NCBI GenBank assembly: GCA_045117315.1
Contig: JBGUNJ010000204.1
Span: 4,378-68,377, forward strand
DNA length: 64,000 bases
DNA from: Lachnospiraceae bacterium
Lineage (GTDB): Bacteria; Bacillota; Clostridia; Lachnospirales; Lachnospiraceae
Reading direction: 5' to 3'
Shown here: piece by piece, positions 36,134 through 46,400 of the stretch
Layout of the letters: each line of letters starts with the position of its first letter
Numbering within the stretch: position 1 is the first letter of the stretch
Notes under the pieces: generated by a model
What the model saw: only the letters and a program-made list of their open reading frames with translations
What the model was told of the DNA's origin: nothing
The model's database searches: none
Position numbers and translations under genes: made by a program

Positions 36134-39100
36134 GAGTCCCGTGGCACGATGATGGATGGAAGGGAACGGTCTGCCAGAATCCATCTTCTAACATGGCTTG
36201 TTTACGACTGAAAAACATCCACGAGAATCGTAATGACGTAGTTGAGTGTAAGCTCTGCGGGCAGGGGATGATAGAACATGAACGTGACATTCCCTGCATA
36301 GAAGAGGGTGCTGCTTTTATGTGCGATCATGAGCTTCATAAAATGACTGTGCATCCTTATAAGAAGAGCAATCCGGACACACATGGTCATTTTTTGGAAA
36401 CGGAACTAATCTTTCCTGCGTATTCCTTCCCTGCCAGACCATTTTCCTGGCTTATGCGGGATAATTTGAAGAAGAGAGCGGAATTCTATGGCATCAACTA
36501 TAGACCGGAAATCGAACCTGAACTGAAATTTAAGACAATCTGGGTACAGGCAGCAGACAATCACAGGGCTGTCTTTGATTACTTTTATAAAGATGTTGTT
36601 CCAGATACTTCACTGTGCATAGCGTATGCTAAGCAGGTCCCATTTGTTGAGGATCACCGCCGAGTGATTATCGGAATGGGACATGTAAAAAAAATAGTTC
36701 CTGCTATTGAGCACAGGCATACAGAAGAAGGCGTTCTTCGCTCCATGATCTGGGACACGATGGTGTGTCATTCGATTAGAGACCATCATAATAACGGTTT
36801 TGTTATTCCATATCAGGAAATGATGAAATATGCGGAGGAGCATCCCGAATTTGATCTTACCTCTATTGTTGTTTTTGCGCCAGAAGATGCATTTGACGAG
36901 TTTTCTTATGCAACGGAACATGTCAGTCATGATGCTGTAATTGATGTGATTTTGTCATGTATTAACTCTTTCAGAATCATTCAGAAATGTCTGGATGAAG
37001 ACTATACCAATGTGCTTTCATGGCTGAATAGTCAATTGGACACTGTTTGGAAAGACCGGGGTCCTTTTCCTGGATTAGGGCCTGTTCTGACTGCTTTTGG
37101 AATTAAATTAGGAATCCCTATGGCAAAAGAAATCAGGGAGCAGATGCAGAAAACAGACGATTACTGGGGGTATCTCGATAGAGTAATCGCCCAACCGGAA
37201 AGCTATCTTTCCAAAGAGATTGCTTCAACGGTAACACCTATCATCCAAAAGACATGGAAAGATCTTAAAAGAATTAGAAAAGAATACCTCAAACTTCTCT
37301 GCCGCTTCTCTTTAAATATTGATCAGGCAAATGCTCTTTACGATCAGAATACGCGGGAGAATGAACAGATACATTGCACAGACCTAGAGATTCTTGAAAA
37401 CCCTTACCTGCTCTATGAAAAAATGAGATTGAAGCAGGATGCCCTATATCTTTCTGTACAGAAAGTAGACCGCGCAATCTTTCCTGTTCCCTCCATTTCC
37501 GAGAAGTACCCTCTGCAAGCTCCTTCAAAGTTGCAGTCGGATAATGATGAACGTCGTGTCAGGGCAGTTGTCATTTCTGTCCTGGAAGCTGCTGCAGACA
37601 GCGGACATACATTTTTGCCCTGTAATATTGCCGTGAAGCATGTACAGGAGCTTACTCTTGATCCAGCCTGTCCAGTCACTTCAGATATGATTTCTGCAAT
37701 TGAAGCATTTATGTCCTTGGAAATCATCAAACGTGAGATGAAAAACGGAGATGAGTATTATAAACTTGTTCGTCTAAATGTGTTTGACCACGAGATAGAG
37801 CGTCGCATCAAAAAAAGGATGAAGGCAAAAAAGATTGACGTACAGGCAGACTGGAGGCAGATGCTGGATAAAAAATTTGATGGACTAGGTGCTGGAAAGC
37901 CTGGTTCTAATCTGGAAGATATGGCTAGGGCAGAAAAAGCAGAAGCCTTAAAAGTTCTTGCAGAATCACGTCTGTCTGTTCTGATCGGTGACGCAGGAAC
38001 CGGAAAAACTACTGTCTTGTCTGTTCTGTGTAGCCATCCGGATATTGCAGCAGGTGGCGTGTTGTTGCTTGCACCCACCGGTAAAGCAACAGTACGGCTT
38101 GTTGAAAGCGTTGGAACTGGTGGGCAGAAATTCACCGCATTAAACGTAGCCCAGTTTCTGATCAAAAGCCATCGTTTTGACTGGAAGAATTTCCGATACA
38201 GGCTTTCAAATGAAAACTATACGGATCTCCCGGAAACGGTGATTGTAGACGAAGCTTCCATGCTGACAGAAGAAATGTTCGGAGCATTGATTCAGGCAGT
38301 CGGGACCGTAAAACGTATTGTTTTCGTTGGAGATCCAAACCAGCTTCCTCCCATTGGTGCAGGAAAACCCTTTGTAGATCTTGTAAATCTCCTCAAAGAA
38401 GACCTTCCAGAGATACAACCTCTGGATCAGCCGCGGGTTGCCCCTTGCTTCGCTGAATTGAGAATCAACCGAAGACAACAGCTGAAACAGCAGATTGAGG
38501 AAGAACGGCTTGATGTGAGCCTTTCACATTGCTTCACCCGCTCCGAGAACCTGGAAGATGATGAAGGAATTATCTCCGAGATTGTGAAAGGGACAAGCGA
38601 AGAGATACAAATCCTTCATTGGGAATCTGGAGAAGAACTGGAAAGCAAATTGCTTCACATAGTGGCAAAAGAATTGCAGATGAAAGATCCAGATGATCAG
38701 GATGGCTTTAATCGTGCTATGGGTGCCAAAGTACTTGAATATGAAACCTTTTTTAATAAGGAATGCGTAGAATATGTGAATAAGTGGCAGATTCTCGCGC
38801 CTATTCGGAACATGCCCCAGGGTGTGATAAATATGAACAGGCTCTTTCATCAGAAATATCGAGGTCGTCAGCTTGAACTCTCACGGCGCACAGGTTATAA
38901 AAAGAAGATTCCAGTTGCTTATGGATCCGAGGAAATTGTTTATGGAGATAAGGTCATAAATGTAATCAATTCCAAAAAAATTGCATTCCCTAAGGATTCC
39001 TCCGCGAATAACTATGTTGCAAATGGAGAAATCGGTATTGCCTGCGGTAGCTATGCCAAGAAAAATCAAAAGGCAAATAATTATTTGAATGTGTGTTTTT

Positions 39101-39837
39101 CTTCTCAAAAAGGATTCACCTATTCATACGAGAAAAAGGACTTCAACGACGAGACCGGTTCAGAAAGCCTGGAACTCGCTTATGCCCTAACTGTCCATAA
39201 AGCGCAGGGAAGCCAGTTCGATACCGTAATCCTCGTCTTAGCAGAACCATGCAGGATCATTTCCCGTGAGCTCCTGTATACTGCACTCACGAGACAGAAG
39301 GATAAGATTATCATTTTGTATAATCAGGAGCCGTATCATCTAATGAAATATTCCTCTGATGTTCATTCGGATATTGCCAAAAGATTCACGGATCTCTTTG
39401 CTGATGTATTTACAGATGATGATGGTGCTCACAGACCTAAGTACACAAAAGTTGGAGACACCTTCTACGATGAGAATCTGATTCACAAAACTGCCCGTGG
39501 AGAACTTGTACGCACTAAATCTGAAGTCATTATTGCAAACGCGCTTTTCTATAATGATCTAACCTATGAATATGAACCAAAATTGATTCTGGATGGTCAT
39601 GTTAAGCGTCCTGATTTTAAAATCATCGATGCAGACACTGGTGACATTTGGTACTGGGAACACTGCGGATTGATGTCCGATAAACGTTACGTGAAGCGTT
39701 GGGCGGATAAAGAACAGTTTTATGCAAAACATGGAATTGTGCGCGGCAAGAACCTGATTGTCACTGAAGAAAAAGCAGGAGAAGGAATAGAATCCGATAA
39801 GATTGATGCACTTATAAAAGAGGTTTTTGATCTCTAA
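36112..39837 (+). CDS. Large RecD/Dda-like SF1 helicase with a Cys-rich N-terminal domain and a C-terminal PD-(D/E)xK nuclease domain
   Basis: GDAGTGKTT (Walker A, 37987-38013), LLLAPTGKA, VIVDEASML, VFVGDPNQLPPIG and YALTVHKAQGSQFDTVILVL are present. The C-terminal RTKSEVIIANALFYNDLTYEYEP...KRPDFKIID...IWYWEHCG is nuclease-like. The N-terminus is ITVRVPWHDDGWKGTVCQNP..NMACLRL. ATG 36112 is preceded by gaaagga. Confidence 0.85.
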   Translation: MAQHITVRVPWHDDGWKGTVCQNPSSNMACLRLKNIHENRNDVVECKLCGQGMIEHERDIPCIEEGAAFMCDHELHKMTVHPYKKSNPDTHGHFLETELIFPAYSFPARPFSWLMRDNLKKRAEFYGINYRPEIEPELKFKTIWVQAADNHRAVFDYFYKDVVPDTSLCIAYAKQVPFVEDHRRVIIGMGHVKKIVPAIEHRHTEEGVLRSMIWDTMVCHSIRDHHNNGFVIPYQEMMKYAEEHPEFDLTSIVVFAPEDAFDEFSYATEHVSHDAVIDVILSCINSFRIIQKCLDEDYTNVLSWLNSQLDTVWKDRGPFPGLGPVLTAFGIKLGIPMAKEIREQMQKTDDYWGYLDRVIAQPESYLSKEIASTVTPIIQKTWKDLKRIRKEYLKLLCRFSLNIDQANALYDQNTRENEQIHCTDLEILENPYLLYEKMRLKQDALYLSVQKVDRAIFPVPSISEKYPLQAPSKLQSDNDERRVRAVVISVLEAAADSGHTFLPCNIAVKHVQELTLDPACPVTSDMISAIEAFMSLEIIKREMKNGDEYYKLVRLNVFDHEIERRIKKRMKAKKIDVQADWRQMLDKKFDGLGAGKPGSNLEDMARAEKAEALKVLAESRLSVLIGDAGTGKTTVLSVLCSHPDIAAGGVLLLAPTGKATVRLVESVGTGGQKFTALNVAQFLIKSHRFDWKNFRYRLSNENYTDLPETVIVDEASMLTEEMFGALIQAVGTVKRIVFVGDPNQLPPIGAGKPFVDLVNLLKEDLPEIQPLDQPRVAPCFAELRINRRQQLKQQIEEERLDVSLSHCFTRSENLEDDEGIISEIVKGTSEEIQILHWESGEELESKLLHIVAKELQMKDPDDQDGFNRAMGAKVLEYETFFNKECVEYVNKWQILAPIRNMPQGVINMNRLFHQKYRGRQLELSRRTGYKKKIPVAYGSEEIVYGDKVINVINSKKIAFPKDSSANNYVANGEIGIACGSYAKKNQKANNYLNVCFSSQKGFTYSYEKKDFNDETGSESLELAYALTVHKAQGSQFDTVILVLAEPCRIISRELLYTALTRQKDKIIILYNQEPYHLMKYSSDVHSDIAKRFTDLFADVFTDDDGAHRPKYTKVGDTFYDENLIHKTARGELVRTKSEVIIANALFYNDLTYEYEPKLILDGHVKRPDFKIIDADTGDIWYWEHCGLMSDKRYVKRWADKEQFYAKHGIVRGKNLIVTEEKAGEGIESDKIDALIKEVFDL

Positions 39838-39877
39838 ACAGCAGACGGAACAGGTTAAAAGGAAAGAAATAGAGAAG

Positions 39878-42800
39878 ATGGATGAGAAATATATCGTAAA
39901 TACAATAAACACATTTCTTCATGCTTCAGCCAGTAGTCTTTGCGCCTGGCTTGAGAAAAGACTGCCCTGCGTGTCTGATACATGGTGGGAAGATTGTGTT
40001 CTTGGGAGCTTAAGTCCCTTGCAGCGTGAAAACATACAGAATATGGGATACAGCAAGCTTTCAGAACTTAGTCTCTCGGAATTACTTCGTATTACCAATA
40101 AGTCATGGTATGACATCTGTACGGTGGCTGAACTCCCATCTTCTCTGCGTGAACTAGTGCGAGATATGATCTCGGTATGTAACAACTGGTCATATTCTGT
40201 AAGCACGATTCCAGGTAAAGATATAATTATTTCGGATCTTCATATAATTTCTTCTTTTATAGACGCGATAGGTGAAGGAACTGCTAAAAATAAGGAAATT
40301 GCAGAACTGATAGAGGAAATAGAAAAGCCAGACAGTTTGAAATCGGTTCGAAGAAGTACCGGTAGTTTCGAAAATGAAAGCGGGCAGTCGTCAGCCGATT
40401 CTGCAGAAGATGAGATAAAGGAAAACAGCCTTATATATCTTGTCTCAGATCCAAACGTCAAAGGAGTGGTCCGATCCATTAAAGACCTAGGCAGTATCAA
40501 AAAATATGTGGTTTTCATCAGCAATGATGTAGGAAGTCAAGTTTTTTACTCCGGGCAGATTGCACTTGTCAGAGAAAGTACTGCTTATAATTGGGTGAGT
40601 GCGGACACGGTCAGAAGTTTTCTGGCTGCATACCAAATAAAATATCCTTCTTCACAAAATCTATATTCGCTCAATTCCGCAAAAATTGATTTTGTACCAT
40701 ACCAGTTCAGACCGGCATTGAAGATGATCCATGCGGATGAACCTCGAATACTGATCGCTGACAGCGTTGGTGTCGGCAAAACGATTGAGGCTGGTCTGAT
40801 CATAAAGGAATTGGAGGCAAGAAATGATATACAGAGTATTGTAGTCATATGCCCACGGCCATTAGTTGCTGAGGGAAAATGGAAAATGGAGATGGAACGC
40901 TTCGATGAAGGCTTTTCATCCCTGGATGGAGCGACATTCAGGCAAATATTGTCTGATACTGATCGTGACGGTGAGTGGCCATCTCAATATAACAAAGTCA
41001 TCATTCCATATTCGATAATGGACAGCCGTTCCTATGAAGGGGAAGAGCAGGGAAAAAAGAGATTATTTGGATTATCAGAACTATTTCCAGAACCACACTT
41101 TGACTTGGTAATTGTTGATGAGGCACATCATATACGAAACGGCAGCATGGAGAAAGAAAAAGCCTTTGCGTATAAGTGCACAAAATATTTTTGTGACCAT
41201 GCTGATGCAGTTGTCATGCTGACGGCAACCCCTTTGCAAACCGGAGACAAGGATTTGTTCACGTTACTGAATGTCCTGCGTCCTGACATAATTATCGACG
41301 AGCAGACATTCCAGGTTATGAGCAAACCGAATGAATACATTTCGAGGGCAGCTCATTGCATTCGAACTGCAGAGTATAATTGGGCAAAAATGGCTATAAA
41401 GGAACTGCTGGGAGTTCGAAAAACACAGTGGGGCGATAATGTCATATCCGAAAATCCGCTCTATGACAGTATCCTACAAAGGCTGGAAAAACATGACATT
41501 ACAAGAGAAGAACGCGTCAGGCTGATTTCTGATGTAGAATCCTTGCATAGCTTTTACACCCTGATCAACAGGACCAGACGCCGTGATATTCAGGATTTTT
41601 GTATTCGCAGAACATTTACCTATGAAGTTGCTTTCACGGAATATCAGCAGGATCTGCATGACGAACTGCTTGAGTTTGAAAAGAATGCGCTGTCCATACT
41701 TCACGATCCGCGGGGCGTTTCTTTTATGATGTCAACGATTAAAAGACAGGCTGCAAGCTGCATTTTTGGACTTGGACCTCATATTCGAGGAATTCTTGAA
41801 AGAAGAATCCGGCAGATGAATGATGATCCTGATTTGGATTATGACTTTATCAATCTTGATGCCGCAGCAACAGACCGTCTGTCTCAGACTGCAAAACGGG
41901 TTCTGGACCTTGCAGAAAACCTTCCGGAAGAAGATCCAAAGTTTGATGAATTGATAAAAATCATCGAGGTGAAATATCAACTCGAAAACAATAAGATTAT
42001 GTTATTCAGTACCTTTCGTCATACGCTTGCATATTTGAAAAAGAGGCTGAAGAATCTTGGATATAGGGTTGAGCAGATTGACGGAAGTGTTAAGGATGAT
42101 ATCCGATTCGCATATAAAGAAAGGTTTCAACTGAGTAAAAACGAACCAGATGCAATTGATATCCTTCTATTTACAGAAGTAGGTTCAGAGGGGCTTGACT
42201 ATCAGTTTTGTGACACCATGATCAACTATGATCTGCCATGGAACCCTATGCGGATTGAGCAGAGAATAGGCAGAATAGATCGGCGTATGCAGAAAAGTGA
42301 AGCTGTAAACATTTATAATATTATCACGGAGAATACTGTCGATGCCGTAGTCTATCATAGATGTCTTGAAAGAATAGGCGTATTTGAACGTAGTATAGGT
42401 GAATGTGATGCAATATTAGGTGAAATAGCGGCTGGCATCGAGATTATTATGATGGACAATTCCCTAACGGATGAAGAACGAAAGATAAAGTTAGAGCAGA
42501 TGGCTGACAATGAAGTCAGAAAGATGCAGGAACTTGAAAAACTGGAGGAAGAAGAAAAGGATTTACTTGGATTCGATTTTTCTGAAATTGGGACTGCACA
42601 GGAAATCAAACATGCGGAAAATCCCTGGCTGACACAAAGAAACCTTCGGCGCCTGGTAGAACAGTATCTGAAAGAAAGACTTGGGGAGGGACCCTATATA
42701 CTGGGATCTTCTTCAATTAATACATTGCGGCTTTCTGCACAAGCCCGGAAGCTGATACGGGAAGACTTGTATAGGCTCTCTGGAAGGGGAAAGCATGCAC

Positions 42801-43483
42801 ACACAATATGGGATGCTTATTTGGGTGGAAAAAAGCCAACTATTCCAATCACATTCGATTCAGAAGCGGCAGCAAAGGCCAGGGACAATTCTACAATATT
42901 TGTGACTCCCATGCATCCCCTTGCACGTCAGGCTGCGGATTTGCTCACCAAGAGTTCAACGATGCAGTTGTGCCTGCATCTCTATTCTGACAAAATTCCT
43001 GCAGGACAGTATTTGTATTCAGTATATGCATGGAGATATGCCGGTTTTAACTCATACACACGAATTATTACAGTTTGTGAGAATGAAGAAATTGAATCTG
43101 AGTTGCCTGACATTCTAGAGGATTCAACCGAATATCCTATCGGGTCTTCAAATGCATTTGACTGGACGGGCTTGGAACTTCGCCATGTGATGAAGTGGCA
43201 GAATGCTGTTGCAGACTATCAGAGACGTATTAATACATCTAAAGCCTTTAAGTTAGAAACTCTTTCCAATAACTACAGGAATCAGATGAGATCCCTTGAG
43301 CGAAAAATTAACGTTGCTGCCAATGATTCCATAAGACGTATGTATATGAGCGAAATGGATAATATATCAGATATGTTTGAAAAGAAGAAAATAGAAATCG
43401 AGCAGACTAGGGCAGAAATTTACACGAATATACTGGTCAATGGTGTAGTTAGAGTCTCAGAGGAGATAGAGAGTCATGCTTAG
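39878..43483 (+). CDS. SNF2-family (RapA/HepA-like) helicase with a ~290-aa N-terminal extension
   Basis: ADSVGVGKTIEAGLIIKEL (motif I, from 40760), VIVDEAHHIRN (II, 41117-), MLTATPLQ (III) and LFTEVGSEGLDYQFCDTMINYDLPWNPMRIEQRIGRIDRRMQ (V-VI) are present. ATG 39878 is preferred over the TTG at 39827 in the ORF track. Confidence 0.85.
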   Translation: MDEKYIVNTINTFLHASASSLCAWLEKRLPCVSDTWWEDCVLGSLSPLQRENIQNMGYSKLSELSLSELLRITNKSWYDICTVAELPSSLRELVRDMISVCNNWSYSVSTIPGKDIIISDLHIISSFIDAIGEGTAKNKEIAELIEEIEKPDSLKSVRRSTGSFENESGQSSADSAEDEIKENSLIYLVSDPNVKGVVRSIKDLGSIKKYVVFISNDVGSQVFYSGQIALVRESTAYNWVSADTVRSFLAAYQIKYPSSQNLYSLNSAKIDFVPYQFRPALKMIHADEPRILIADSVGVGKTIEAGLIIKELEARNDIQSIVVICPRPLVAEGKWKMEMERFDEGFSSLDGATFRQILSDTDRDGEWPSQYNKVIIPYSIMDSRSYEGEEQGKKRLFGLSELFPEPHFDLVIVDEAHHIRNGSMEKEKAFAYKCTKYFCDHADAVVMLTATPLQTGDKDLFTLLNVLRPDIIIDEQTFQVMSKPNEYISRAAHCIRTAEYNWAKMAIKELLGVRKTQWGDNVISENPLYDSILQRLEKHDITREERVRLISDVESLHSFYTLINRTRRRDIQDFCIRRTFTYEVAFTEYQQDLHDELLEFEKNALSILHDPRGVSFMMSTIKRQAASCIFGLGPHIRGILERRIRQMNDDPDLDYDFINLDAAATDRLSQTAKRVLDLAENLPEEDPKFDELIKIIEVKYQLENNKIMLFSTFRHTLAYLKKRLKNLGYRVEQIDGSVKDDIRFAYKERFQLSKNEPDAIDILLFTEVGSEGLDYQFCDTMINYDLPWNPMRIEQRIGRIDRRMQKSEAVNIYNIITENTVDAVVYHRCLERIGVFERSIGECDAILGEIAAGIEIIMMDNSLTDEERKIKLEQMADNEVRKMQELEKLEEEEKDLLGFDFSEIGTAQEIKHAENPWLTQRNLRRLVEQYLKERLGEGPYILGSSSINTLRLSAQARKLIREDLYRLSGRGKHAHTIWDAYLGGKKPTIPITFDSEAAAKARDNSTIFVTPMHPLARQAADLLTKSSTMQLCLHLYSDKIPAGQYLYSVYAWRYAGFNSYTRIITVCENEEIESELPDILEDSTEYPIGSSNAFDWTGLELRHVMKWQNAVADYQRRINTSKAFKLETLSNNYRNQMRSLERKINVAANDSIRRMYMSEMDNISDMFEKKKIEIEQTRAEIYTNILVNGVVRVSEEIESHA

Positions 43484-46400
43484 AGAAATAAATGAATTGT
43501 ACGGAAATACTGACTGCAGAGATCTTGGATCCCGTCAACTGGAAGAGTTGAGGGATGGCTTAAAAAACGTTTCACCTGAAGAAATCAAATCGTCATCCGA
43601 TGGGATTATGTATATTAAGCTACTCCATATGTTCAGATTTGCGGTTGCGGAAAATGACAAGTTTCATGGGGAGAATTATCCAAGCCTCCTCAACTCTTTG
43701 CTATCAGTCGGAGAGGATGGACTATACTCTAACAATCTTCGTTTTATTTTTGAATTGATTCAGAATGTTGATGACTGCGATTATCCAAACTCTGAAAACT
43801 GTCGGCTTGATATGCAATTTCGATTTGATGAAGATGAGATTATCCTCACATATAATGAAGTTGGATTTACACCGTTTAACGTTTTTGCTATCACAGGAAT
43901 TGCAGAAGCTGCTAAGAATATTTCTTCTTCAAAAAATGAAATTGGTGAAAAGGGGATTGGATTCAAGTCGGTATTTGGCGTTGCTGATAAAGTCTTGATT
44001 CAAAGCGGCTGGTTTTCTTTTATTCTGAATAAAGAAAACTTTACAGTACCTATTTCAGCATATTCATCATCCTCCGATCCTTACATTGAGGGAACGAAAA
44101 TGACTCTGTATGTTCCCGGGAAAGCAAAGCTTATTTACAGTCAAATCAAAAACCAGTATTGCAAAAAAGAAGCAATCTTCAGTCGAAATCCACTGCTCTT
44201 TCTGAATAAGCTTACGTCTCTGAATATCTTCTTCGACGAATGGAGAAGAATGGAGTTTCATGTGTCTAAGAAAGCACATATGACAGAAGGCGGTATTCAC
44301 AGAGAGGACAATATACAGGTCTTTGTTGACCTGCATGATTATGATAACGGACGAGATACGAATGTAACAGAATCATTTATGTGTACCAGATATACCCTTC
44401 CTGTTACATACAGCAGGGAGGCTTGCCAGGCCCGCTATGGAGATAATACAAAGGTGGGTGAAAATGGCGGGAAAAGAATGCTGTTACAAGCGGTTCTTCC
44501 GACCCCGGAGCATGTTGCAGATGTCGGGAACGGATCATTATACTCTTTCCTCCCTACACAGCTGAAGCTGACTGTGCCGATTGTAATACATGTTCCCTTT
44601 AAGCTGGATGCGTCAAGAGAATTTGTTGATCCGCAGAATCATAATCGTTGGTTTCTTGAATCTTCACAGAAACTGTCAGAATTGATGGAGTATCTGTATA
44701 AAGACTGGTGTAAGACTGTTAGAAGTGACATTGTATTCTTTCTTCCAGGGGCCAGAGAGAGCCTGTTTGCTCCAAACAATGGGAAAGAAAAGTGTCTCAG
44801 TGATAACAAAGATTTCCAGGGGATTCATTTTTTGAAGATGCCTGTCTTTATAACAACAGACGATGAATACTGTCCCCATCAAGATGTTTTTTCTTTTAAC
44901 CCGGATGAAAATGTGATGGATCCGGAAAGAGTATACAAAATGCTTATGGTAGAGGAAAATCTTTTCCTGGTACCTGAAACAGTGAATCCAAGAAAATATG
45001 ATATAAAAATTTTTAAAGATGCAGCTAAGGAACTTCTGCAAAAGGCCATTTCCAACCCGAATGTGACAGAGGAAGCGCTTGAATATTTAGATAGTGTTTC
45101 ATATTTATATGGTCCAAAGGATATTCCTGACAACAAGCAGATTAGCCTGACATGCAGACAGATTGAGATCATTATGAAGCATGAACAGCTTGCGAAGATC
45201 TTTACAGAAGTAACCTGCAGGTTGCTGAAAATGCAAAAAAACATCCAAGTATCCATTGCTGATTTGAAGCCTGTTCCCATTCACAAAGCTGTTCAAGCGG
45301 GCTTTGATAAAAGTGAAACCCCAAAGCGTGTGGAAAGATACTTGGATAAAGTGAATTTGCAAAGTGTATGCTTGGATATTAAGGATAACCAGTATTTGCC
45401 TTGCAGTAACGGTCTTGTATTATCTATGGCAAATCCGACATCATCCTTAGCGTCTTTATGCTTTGCTGTTGATGAAAAGGATACATTTGCAATACGGATA
45501 AAGCTGAAAGAAGCTTCTGAACGCCTGAACCAATTTATTGAAGATGATGCAGGTTCTGCTGAGGATTATTTAAGAGAGCTTCGAAATATCAGGCTGACGG
45601 TTAGGGATTCTTTGGGTAATGAAGGCTACAAAAGCTATATAAATCTAATCCTCCGTTCGGGAACAGAGCGTAAACGTTTTATTCAGGAGCTTATCCAAAA
45701 TGCTGATGATTGTGTATACGATAAAGATATTATCCCAGCATTTTATTTACAACAGGATGGAAGCAAAGTTGTCACACAATATAATGAGGAGGGGTTTACC
45801 CGAGAGAACATCCGCTCTATTACAGCTATTGGGGAATCTACCAAAAACAGACTGCTCAAAGGGGAATATCAGACAATAGGCGAAAAGGGGGTTGGCTTTA
45901 AAACAGTCTTTGCTGTTGCATCTCAGATTAATATATTCAGTGGTGAATACAATTTCTCACTGACAGATGAGGCGCCTACAATTCCAAAGATTTATAAACG
46001 TACTGACCTTAGTAGAGTAGATGGTACAAGGATGGAGATTTTCCTGAAGGGAAACAGGAATATCATCGACTTTAATGAAAAAAACATACTTGAGCTCTGC
46101 CTTTGCCTGAGGCAATTAAAAGAAATCACAATTGGGCCCCACAAAATCAATATATCTGACACTGACGATACAAGAACATTGGTTATTGATGGAAGAAAAC
46201 AGGTATTTAGAAAGTTTGTACATAAGTTTGAAATTTCAGACCCAGATGCGATTAAGGAACGCGCAAGGGGTATGCATGTTGTTTTACCACAGCAGCAGAT
46301 TATTTGCTATGTTCCTGAACGGTTTGGCTCTCAGGAATATCATATTTACAGTGGGCTTCCGACAAGACATATGGTAAAGATCCCTGTTGCTTTCGATGCT

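Noticed and set aside
39827-39877. TTG start at 39827 for the SNF2 gene, as given in the ORF track
   Set aside because: It would overlap the upstream gene and has no RBS. ATG 39878, preceded by a purine-rich stretch (aaaaggaaagaaatagagaag), is more plausible. The TTG cannot be fully excluded.
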